Source: Mytilus trossulus (Eukaryota). From it: DNA of 64,000 bases. The notes under the pieces are model-generated. The model did no database searches. It saw only the letters and a program-made list of their open reading frames with translations, and had not been told where the DNA came from. The stretch lies in the NCBI RefSeq assembly GCF_036588685.1, contig NC_086377.1:9796001-9860000 (forward strand). Reading direction: 5' to 3'. The first letter of the stretch is position 1; every line of letters starts with the position of its first letter. This document shows positions 53,185-64,000 of this stretch, one piece after another. The translations under genes and the position numbers were made by a program.

Positions 53185-53700
53185 TAATTCGTATATTTTA
53201 ACAAATTTGATTCGTTTAGGGATAGTCACATGTTAAACTATATTTTCGAAGGTAGAGAGAAAACGGCGGATAGCAAAAAGCATATTGACCTGCAAAAAGC
53301 ATATCGCACGGTTATTTTTAGAATATCTAAAAATCGATATACTTTGTTACGTCATGTAATGAATTTCAGGATATTGTTTAACGTTTTGAAACACATAATA
53401 TCTGTGATCGATTATTTGACGAAAAAAATCCTTGGAATACATAAGATATAAAAAAAAAGTAAATGGAATAACAACTAATATGTTGTTATTTTCAAGGAGA
53501 AAATATAATATCTATAAAATTTCAACAAACCTAAATGACGATTTTGATACAAATATGGTCGGAAATTAATAATATAACAAATATAGCCTTTGTATGAGGT
53601 CAATACAGGATATATCGACCTCGGACTTCGTCCTCAGTCAATATACTTCTTTCAGATCAATATATCCTTGTATCGACCTCATACAAAGGCTATAATTGTA
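53185..53700. mobile_element. Unclassified ~0.5-kb insertion with 3' inverted repeat (~53582-53693)
   Basis: Absent from paralogous introns; flanked by ta(g/a)tattat; tatagcctttgtatgaggtc / gacctcatacaaaggctata. Confidence 0.65.
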
Positions 53701-54805
53701 TAATATTATGGATTCACAATGTGCGGATAAATACGGGTTGTATGGCAGTGTACATTTTAAGTAGTATTGATACATGTACATTTAATACCAACCATGACAA
53801 TAGGTAAAAATGCAAACATACTTGCTTTCAAACTAGTACAGATATATCTGTTTTTCTCGTTATATACATATTTTATTGTAATTTCATGCATTTTATGCAA
53901 GATTATAATATTATGAATAAATACAATAGAAGAATACCGCTTTACAATAGTCATAATAAATCGATTAAAATGATAAAAAATCCGAACAAAATTGAGGAAA
54001 ACACACATTTACTACAAGTGGAAAGTAACGGTACAACATAAACACTGTACTGCTACAAAAACAAACGCCAACATACAAAGAAAATGACTATGTGTTAACA
54101 AAGGTCATACTTATGATACTTGACAGAACATTTGGAGAGAAAAAATGTAAAAAATTAAGTTTTTCGTTTATCAGTGAAATGCGTGCACAACAAACCATGA
54201 ACAGAGAAAGAGAATTGCCTTCCCCAAAGAGGTAGGAAATATATTTGTATATTATACAGTTTTTAAATTTACGTATTTGACAATGAAAACTTGTCATCAA
54301 ATGTTTGAGTTAATTACACATTATTTTCTTACATACGTCATCATTATCTTCTTACATACGTCACCATTATCTTCTTACATACGTCACCATTTGACGTTGC
54401 AATGGTTCTGATTAAGTTTGTATTTTATCCTGCAATTGTGTGTTCTACTATACATATACAGCCCGCTATGCTGTTGGTGACTTTCTGCTGTTGTTGTTTA
54501 TTTGGTCGGGTTGTTGTCTCTTTGACACATTCCCCATTTCCGTTCGTAATGTTATGTACCTGTATACTATACAGATATCGCTTTTAAGCTCCGCCCACTG
54601 CCAGACTGAGTATTGTATGAACCTGCGTCACCTCAGAATGTGTATTGCAATCGCATTTCAATGACGTATTAATTGCGAATTAACGATTACTTTATAAACA
54701 CGTTATGTTTGTTTTCAAACATTTCTTTAGAGCAACAAGAATCGCACCAATTTTCTGATAACATACACTCATGAACATCAGTCTTTTCTACGATAACAAC
54801 TATTT

Positions 54806-55216
54806 GATCAATTTGTTAAATCCTCAAGTGTCGAAACGTTCATTAAGGTCGCCAGAGTCATCTATTGGTTGTTATGCAGTCCCATATAACAAAAAGAAAA
54901 CTTTTTCAGATAGAAGCTTTAGTACTATTGGGCCAAAATTGTGGAATGAACTAGGTACAAATGTAAGAAACTCTGAATCTTTGGATATTTTTAAATGTCG
55001 GTTGAAAACATTGTATTTCCAAAATTATTTTGAACTTTTCTGACTTTTTTCTTGTGTATCACAGTATAAATTTTCAATTTTTGGTATTGTACATACATAT
55101 TGTATTTTGTTTAGTATTTTTGTATTTTATATGTCATTTATGTACAACGCCATTGAATACATATTGTATATGTAGAAATAGGCGTTTAATTAAGTTTTCA
55201 TGTTTCATGTTTCATG
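54806..55216 (+). mobile_element. 5'-truncated L2/CR1-type LINE 3' end
   Basis: RSLRS..KTFSDRSFSTIGPKLWNEL..FKCRLKTLYF, (TTTCATG)n tail, TATTT on both sides, empty site in copy 1 (~3028). Confidence 0.8.
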
Positions 55217-55697
55217 TATTTCAAATCTTGTGTATGATTTTGTAACAAAAACAGTCATGTCAATTTCAGCATGCATATTTCAAATTGGATAATGTTGTGT
55301 GATTTGTTTTTACTGTTGAAAGTAGTTGTTATGTTAAAATACATAACTATTAACCTTGAGCGATGTATAGTTGTTGATCATTCGAGATTCTTATTTTGCA
55401 AACTCGTCGTCAGCTGAATTTGTGATTACTGTATGGTATTACTAAACGGGCCTCAAGAGGGATTTAAATTCAAAAATAAATGCAAAACATGTGTGTTTGT
55501 GTCTTTCAAAACAAAAACAAAAGATACAGAATTATTTGCAGGATAAAGACAATAACTGTTTAGTGTATTTAATTATCAGCTGTATTTGTACTTTCTTCGA
55601 AGCAGGTGTAGTAACTCGCTAAAAGCTCACATACACCTTGTTTCCTAGCCTCGTACCAATTCAGCTTACATTTAAAGACACTAAACAGTTATTGTCT

Positions 55698-55750
55698 CTT
55701 TTTAGCTCAGCTGGCCCAAAGGGCCAAGTGAGCTTTTCTCGTCACTTACT
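55698..55750 (+). mobile_element. Helentron-associated (pearl-like) element terminus at the copy-3 breakpoint
   Basis: TTTTTAGCTCA..GGCCCAAAGGGCC..GTGAGC hairpin; related TGACCTT-rich ~160-bp units at ~57281-57620. Confidence 0.55.
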
Positions 55751-58700
55751 AAAAATAAATAAGAATCCCTGGACAATTACACAATGCTTATGTTCGTAGA
55801 TCTTCTTATCAAATTGATTAAATCAAAACTGAATTGACTTCTTATACTTTTTTTGTTAAACAAAACTAGTATTTTTAAATAAAATACACTATGGCCTTAG
55901 TAATACATGAAGTAATGTAAAAAAAGATTACAAATAATTCATGATTTTATAATTGCTGTCATATTATTTAAAGTGCAATTGAATATTTTATTGAATGATT
56001 TATATTCATGTAAAAAGTTCAAAGATACCCAGAGGGATAATCAACCACCAGTGCATTATTAACATGTCACGGAACAAGGCAAAAAGAAGAAAAACACATC
56101 TCATTCAGCCCAAAAAACACTACACATATTTATGCTTTCCTAATTCATCTGAATAAAAAAAAACTATATCTTTCTAGTATCTTTTTCCAACCTTTATCTT
56201 GACATGTGTAGAAAATTAACGGGTGTCTTCTATTCCGTCCGCAATTTTAGGGAAAGTAAAGTATATTTAGAGTCAAAGTTGAAACTGAAACTACACATGT
56301 ATGATATAAATAGAACATGTTATTTTTGCTTTATCAAATTTCAATTTCAAAGGGATGGCAAAATTTGTTATTTTCTTTTGTTGCTCCATTGTCATGTTTG
56401 TGTATCTTTCCGATTTTTTTTATCAAATGAAATTTTGAAATAAATATATAAAGAAAGTGTACGTGGTGTTATTGCAAGTGACAACTGAAAATGTTTATTT
56501 TCAAGTCTCAATTCAAGATTATTACTGAATAGAGTCATGTATCATTCTGTATCATAATAAGGGGCCCAAAAATAATGTGAAACTTGTTACTGCCGTGTTT
56601 TGAACTAAAAATCAGTTGTATCTATTTGTCATATAAACCTCTGCAGAAATACTAAAAAAGGTCTATGTTTAACGAACTTGATTTAACAGTAAAAGGATTT
56701 TGCACAGTCAGCTCTATTTCATCTCTCATAAGCCATAATTCTTTGGACCAATGGTTTTGACGTTATGTTTTGAATCGTTTATTTTTTAATCTGGCCAAAC
56801 GACCAATAAATTGAAATCTCGATCATGTAAAGCATCTGCCCACTTTAAAGCTTTTGCCTATGTATCATGTGTATTTTTGGTGTGTCCTGCTTTTAATTTC
56901 AACAGCTAGCGATCGTATCTCAAATCAAAAATCAATTCCATCCTTTTTTCCCCCTGCAACTGCTTGTCGGTTGGGGGGGGGGGGGGTATCCCTGTCCGTC
57001 TGTCCCATTATTGGTATATAGTTATTTGGCATAACTTCTCCTATTGTTTGATTCCTAGAAAGTTTTCACTTAGCTGTCAGTTGAGTATTTAAGTACGTAC
57101 ACTGCGCTTCAATAGATACGATTCCCTTTTCAAACACTTGTATGTGACTACATGTCCATTATGTATTCCGTGTGCATTGAATGGCTTGAAATGTCATAAA
57201 ATATGTCTATATTGTTGTATGGTCGATTAAAGCTTTTGTTATATGATTTTTTGAAATAAATATGAATTTAAAACTACATGAAAGTTATGGCCTGTACAAG
57301 TGTTTCTTACCAAAAAAGCACAATTATTGTCCTTGAGGTCAAAGTTCAAGGCATATGAAGGTCAATTTTTTTAAAAGGCACACCACCTCATGGTGATACA
57401 TACACATGCCAAAGATGTAAGGCCTAGGTGAAAAGGCAAAGAAGTTATGGCCTACATGGTTGTGTTTTTCCCGGAAAAACACCAATAAAGTTGACCTTGA
57501 GGTCACATTTGAAGGTCACACAAAGGTCATCATGATGCAAGACACTAAACCCTGTGATGATACATCCACATACCAAAAAGCTAAGGCCTAGTTCAAAAGA
57601 CAAACAAAATTATGGCCATTATGTACTTTTTGAATAGATTTTGCTCTTATTTAACGATCCAATTTGTAGGTGGGGCCTAATTTAAACTTAAATTCCAAAA
57701 ATTCAAACGGTTAAATTTAAAAAAAAAATTGCAAGAACAACCGACTAGTATAGCTCTCCAAATGCTTAGTTTTATGAAAAAATTAAACGACACATTTTTT
57801 TTCAAAAACAAAATTCTTCTTCAAATACAAGAAGCACAGCATTCACTTATCGGGGCTGATGCTGAAACCCCCTGTTAAAGATCTGGCAAATTTTTTAAAC
57901 CGGAATAAAAAACTTACAAGGAGGGGGTATCAGTGAACTAATATTCTCCTCAGCCATCAATATTAGCTATGCTATTGTCAATTTAGGATTAAATTTTTTT
58001 TTTTTAACAAATTCAACCCTGTACCCATATTTTAGAAACTTCCAATTTTGGCCGATACTAGTATGTAAAAGATGCCATATTTGAATTGCCAAATCTTTTA
58101 ACCCTATGGTTCAAATCTCATAAAATTTTTACAAGATGTTTAGGTTGGCCTAGTTTATCAATGAAAAAAAAATAAGAAAAATTAAAGGACAGGAATTTTT
58201 TGGGGTTTAGTGTTGGGTACCCCCTTAAATAGACCTCATGTAAATTTTCATTGAAATCTGATTCCCATGATGTGCCAACCATTGCCTGAGTTTTCCTTGG
58301 ACAGCCTCTTACATTTACATATTGGTTGTTCTACCAAAATGGTTTAGCTGTGTATCTTGTTGATATGTATATATATATATATATATTTGTTAAACACTTA
58401 ATGATTAAATGATTACTATAATAAACTCTATTATATATGTGAAAAGAAATATCAGCTACAAGTTATTTCTAATTATAAATTGTATACATCGAACTGTGTA
58501 TTTTCTAAATAATTCTGGTTTGAATCAAAGTGCGATTTTTAAATAACTTGGCCATTTAACAAAACATTTATTGCTACAGGTTATTGTAAATTTTACCTGA
58601 GAATTTTGTTTACAACTATTAAAGTTTTACTGACGCAGTTAATTCAAGTATATTTTTTAATGTTTTACTTTATTGTTGAGTTTGTTCTCTTATCAATACA

Positions 58701-59882
58701 TCTACTATTACAATTAAATGCAGTTAAAGTTAAATATCACATTAACAACGGTTCAACTATTTAAACCAGTAATTCCTGTTTGCGATACAAAACAGTTCAA
58801 GGATTTAATTGGCTTATTCAATGGATTTTAAATCTACAAATATCCTTTGATTTCATATGCATGACTTGGACTAATGGACATTTTAGTAGGTCTCATTAAA
58901 TGATTAATCATAAACATGAAAGTATAAACACAATCTTAAACATTCCAATTTCTCCTGTTATAAAAGACAATTACATGAGCTTTGGAAGATACTTTTTTGA
59001 GATAAGCTATATTTCTCTCAATATTGACAAAAATATGAGTAAATTTAATGCACCATTCTTGGTCCAACTACTCATTGTTTAAAAGAGTGGATGAATTTAA
59101 CGCCAACATATTACTTTTACTATACCACGGCCGTCATATTTTGATTACGTTGGAAGCAGCAGCTTCATATCAGAACAAAGTCAATTAAAACAGGAGTCAG
59201 ACTTGCCAAAGCAATATTCAAGTGCACACACACAGTGTTGATAAGCTTGTATATCATGAACTACGTGTCCCAATAAACCTTCAAACTGTTGATTTTTAAG
59301 ATAATACGTTTCCGTTTCCTCATCCATTTCATGAGTCTGCATTTAATATTATAGTAATGCCTTTTTTTACAAAACATTGCGGGATGTAATTTACTTAAGG
59401 AATGACTGTACTAATATATATATATTTTATATATTTATATGGATAATTCGAATCAGTTTAACAGATTTTCAGACTATGCCAGTTACTTTGTATAACGAAA
59501 GATGTGTGATCTTTCCACGTTTCCGGTAGACAATTTATCCAGTTTGATATTTAGTAAGGACTAATATCACCTGAGAATATCACAGCTGTCTCAAATCGCA
59601 AATCACTTAACACTGAACATATATTGAGCGGATACGGTTTAATTAAATTGTAGAACAGTTTCCTTTAAATCTTTATCTTGATTATACATATAAAATTTTT
59701 TAAAAAGCAGGACTCGTGAGTATAATAAAACTTTTGCTGTATAAATTACATGTTTTTGAAATAAATCTTTTTATGATTTCGTACACACCTGGCTAACGAT
59801 TTAATATTTCCTACAGTGTGATAAGTCTATCTATACATACTGCAGTTATAATAATATAATTATACTTGTAATTGTTTATATA

Positions 59883-60607
59883 TGTTTCAGACCATATGAG
59901 TATTTGGACCGTACGCGTACGGTCCAGACCGTATACGTATACTCGTACAGTCCGACCGTACGCGTACGGTCGGACCGTATGAGTATACGCGTACGGTCCA
60001 TCTGACCATACATGTTCTGGGATCATATTGGTTAAATTCAAACAAACATTTTATCAGTCTTATTTTTATACATTTATCTATATAAAGTGTTATCATTACA
60101 ATTAAATGGGTAAAGTGAATAAGCAAACATTTGAAATTAAATATTTGTTTAATTGTATATCAGCGAATTCTATATTGTTACTCTGACCCAAGGTTACACT
60201 TGCTTTTACAAAGGACATTACATTTTTTAAAATTTACATGTTGTGTTCATGCATGTTCCTTTGCGTTCTCATTTTTTTTGTAAATTTCATAAATATTCGG
60301 AAACAATTGTCCTCCCACATTATGTTTACTTCCGATAACTTCTATTTTAATTACCATACTGGGCTGCAATTAATGATTAGATACAGGAAATTAATAGATT
60401 ACAAGCGTATATTTACAAAAAATAGTTAGAATATTTGATTTTTATGTCAATAACTGTTGAACTTTTACTATTAATTTGAGACATAAGTTGATCTGTCATA
60501 TACATTTATATCTAATATATTTGACTAATTTCTTAATATTCTTGAAAAAGTACGCATACGGTCCAGACCGTACGCGTACGGTCCTAATACTCATACGGTC
60601 TGGAACA
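59883..60607. mobile_element. Ginger-like MITE (same family as 52258-52336; fragment at ~12340-12445)
   Basis: ~60-bp TIRs TGTTTCAGACC...GGTCTGGAACA, TATA on both sides, internal palindromic GACCGTACGCGTACGGTC repeats; ends ~250 nt upstream of the copy 4 ATG. Confidence 0.8.
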
Positions 60608-60852
60608 TATACATTATGTTTACATCAGTTTATTATAAAGCCAAGTCAATGACCAAATACATTAATAAAGCCGTACCATAGCCCATTAGTCAACACAATG
60701 AATTCTTTATATAAAATATTCAAATGATATCCTAATTATAACTTGAAGTGTTTCATTTAAATACACGACATACATATATAACCGATATTGATTTAAATGT
60801 AGAACATTGTAGTCATTGGTTATATACATTACCTGTGTATTATACATTCAAC

Positions 60853-61634
60853 ATGATAAGTGACAAAATGGCACAGGCAGCATCTAAAACTTGTGAGATA
60901 TGTGTTAGTGCCTCTGGATCTCATTACTGTTTAGAGTGTGAACAGTACTTTTGTGACAATTGTAAAGGCTTTCATAAACGACAGAGAGGGACAAAGAACC
61001 ACCAGTTTCAATCTTCCTTTGATGTTATACCGGAAGTTAAATCAAAATGTAAAGACCACAATGAAGACGTAAGTTTTGTATGTAATACCTGTAACGTAGC
61101 GGTATGTAGCAGTTGTGTGACTGGCAGTCACTCAGGACATGCCTTTTCCAAACTTCTCGACAGCATATCACAGCTGAAGGAGACGAATACAACAGACCTG
61201 CGAAGTAAGGTGCATGAGGCAACACAAAATATGAAGCAAATAGAAGAAGGTCTGAAGGCATTTGATGTGAAGGTGGCAGGAATAGTCAAAGCTATTACAG
61301 AAGAAGGTACAAAGATAAAGACTATGATTGATAAATGTATCTCAGAGAAGATCGCATCGGTCAAGGATCAATCCAGGAAGGAAAGGGACAAATTAACAAA
61401 GCTATTGGAAGATACTCAAATGGATTTAAAGGCAGGACACGACTTAGACAAGAAAATTCATGAATTCAACAAGATACCAAACGATGGAAAATTGTTGCAG
61501 TCTTTACAGAAGATTACAGACGACATCGCAAAGCTGAGGGTAAAGCCTAAACCTGAATTTCCGAACGTACAGTATACTGCTAAGTCTGCAACAGATAACG
61601 ACGTAAAACAGCTGTTTGGTAACTACATAATCAG
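60853..61634 (+). CDS. Copy 4, exon 1: B-box1/B-box2/coiled coil (second in-frame ATG at 60868; downstream exons expected beyond the window)
   Basis: Open frame; donor ATCAG|GTAATT; intron-1 homology to the other copies continues to about 63160. Confidence 0.88.
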
Positions 61635-64000
61635 GTAATTCTTCTTACAATTATTGAGCATTGTGTAGTCGTAATTTATGTTTCAATATAACCATAGTAT
61701 CTTAAAGAGACTCGTATTTTTACAAAATCAAAATGATGTTGTTTTTTTAAATATAAACTTACGTCTGGATAAAATATGACAAACAGAGGAGAGACAATTC
61801 ATGAAATACAAATATGTGGTCATTACAAGTGTATTTTTGTAATATCAATGTGCGGAAAAATACGGGGTTTTTGGCAGTGTACATTTTAAGTTGTATTGAT
61901 ACATGTACATGTACCAACCACGACAATAAGTAAAAATGCAAACATAATTGCTTTCAAAGTAGTACATATATATCTGTTTTTCTCGTTATAATTATTTTAT
62001 TGTAATTTCATGCATTTTATGCAAGATTATAATATAAATAAAGACAATAGAAGTATACCGCTTTACAATAGTCATAAATTGATTAAACAGAAAAAAATCC
62101 GAACAAAACTGATGGAAACACAAATTAAATACAAGTGGAAAGCAACGGAACAACATTTACACTGTACTGCTACAAAAACAAACGCCAACATACAAAGGAA
62201 AGGACTTTTTGTTAACAACTGCCATAATCCTAATACTTCACAGAACATTTTGAAAAAAAATGTACAAATTTTAGTTTTTTCTTTAATCAGTGAAATGCAG
62301 ACACGTACACCACACCATGAACAGAGAAAGAGAAATACCTTCCCCCAAGAGTTAGGGACATATATTTGTATATCATACAGTTTTTAAAGCGTATTTGACA
62401 ATGTAAACATGTCATCAAATGTTTGAGTGAATTACACATTGTCTTGTTAAATACCTCACCATTTGACGTTGCAATGTTTCTGATTAAGTTTGTATTATAT
62501 ATTGTGTACACCCTTATATCGTTTAATCTTTAAATCAATTAGAATGTCTCTCTGGTTTATGTATCTCCTCTTTTTTCCACTACGTACGTTAGAATACGCT
62601 GACTCGAGCACGATTGCATTTAAGTAGATAAATCTTCTTACGATGTGCAAACGCATACTAGTAGCATAAAGTATTTCCAATAGTGTTTTGATTTTGTGGC
62701 ATTTAATGATTTTAAATAAACTGCTCGTTAAAATGTGCCTGCTTCTCTAGTTTAAATGTTTAAACCTCCTTGTACTTATAGAATGTCTCTCTGGTGTATG
62801 ATATCCCCTGTTTTCACTACGTAAGTAAGAACACACTGGCTCGACCACGATTGCATTTAAGTAAATAAATCTTCTGATGCGGAAACGCATACTAGTAGCA
62901 TAAAGCATTTCTAATAGTGTTAAGTTTTTGTTGCATTTATCTTTCTTTAAATGTCCCTGCTTGTCTAGTTGAAATATTTAGAACCTCTTTAAACTTTTAC
63001 GATATAACCAAAACATAAACGTCATTCATCACAATTATCTGGACTATTGAGGCACGTACAATCAAAAGACGAAATACTGTTTTACAACAACATAACTGTT
63101 TTGTTAAGTGTAGTTTGTCTTTTTGTAAATAGTCTTTGTATGTCATATCTTTTCTCCTATAGAAATGAGCTCTTTTAATGCGGTGACTGAAAGCAGATTT
63201 TTTTTAATCTAATCTCCCCACCGAACACACATCTATATAATATATCATTGGAAAGAGGAAATCGCGTACTATAATAATATGCCTGTCGTCAGGACTTGAT
63301 ATGGTCACATTTTTTTTATAAATTGAGGTCAAAGGTCATATGTAAAAATCTGTGAAAATTCGGGAGGGTTTCAATTTTGACATTTTTTCTTTTTACTAAA
63401 CTCTATCTAAACACAAATGATACTGTTTTGGCTTTAGTAATGTTTGTTATTATACATAAACCTTAATCATTGAGAATTTAAAAAAAAACTAAAACGATGT
63501 TTTATAAACAAAACTTCGTAAATCAAGTTTTCAACCTATAAAATGTTTAGAGCACCTTAACCTTATGAAAGTTTTCAGTTTCGGGTAAAAATTACATGTC
63601 ATGCAGGACAGTACTTTAAAATTATTTTTTAAACTATCATATTGGGTGAGGTATCAAACCAAAGCAATAGAACTCAAAACAGTCAAATATTACCTCAAAT
63701 TGAATTTGCGGATACTTCAGGTTTTTTTATCGACTACTCGTTTTTCACAATTATTACTGCTTCCATAGTAGTATCTGTTGTTGTGTTTTCTACTCTGGTT
63801 AATATCTATTACATAATAGGTTTTGTACCTATATCCCCTCTTTTTCCCTTCGCAACGTACCACAAACTTCAAAAGTATTCCATATAAAAAAAACATGTAA
63901 TATGCTTGCTAATAAAACAACTCTTAAAATAAGACCAAATGAGACATAAATTAGCAAATAAAGGTCCTGTACGGGCTTCAACTATGAGTAAAATTCATAC

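Noticed and set aside
60748-60852. N-terminal extensions in the ORF track (also 51391-51420)
   Set aside because: Non-ATG starts, not conserved between copies, no RING motif
1875-63887. The many other 60-140-aa ORFs in the track
   Set aside because: Low-complexity F/I/L/K/Y-rich translations of AT-rich intron or repeat DNA, often non-ATG starts, no recognisable domains apart from the TE remnants listed

Overview
AT-rich eukaryotic genomic DNA. The repeat content and gene family suggest a bivalve, probably Mytilus (inference). The window holds four tandem + strand paralogues of a RING-less TRIM-like gene, each starting with a ~767-nt exon encoding B-box1, B-box2 and a coiled coil (starts at 1089, 31335, 51421, 60853/60868). 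The ORF track shows them as single-exon genes, but each exon ends at a phase-2 donor (ATCAG|GT). In copies 1 and 2 I can trace a chain of phase-2, multiple-of-3 micro-exons. Copy 1 has exons of 66, 21, 9, 3, 3, 6 and 15 nt plus a last exon. Copy 2 has 69, 21, [collapsed], 6, 15 and 15 nt plus a last exon. Spliced, these build a short Cys4 zinc-ribbon-like tail: ...YRCEKCGTKERSDMRYCSPPPCSCGSLMNRVQ* (copy 1) and ...LKCDECGKEKRSHLYRCSCGGCVCGGSMYFISQ* (copy 2). All exons of 9 nt or less carry an invariant downstream CAG-ATAAGT pseudo-donor 22 nt after the true donor. Copy 2 has two nonsense codons in exon 1, copy 3 has lost its tail, and the tail of copy 4 lies beyond the window. The remainder is intron or intergenic DNA with Ginger-like, Kolobok-like, Tc1/mariner-type, L2/CR1, Penelope-like and Helentron-associated elements plus tandem repeats. 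All splicing is predicted from sequence only and needs RNA confirmation.
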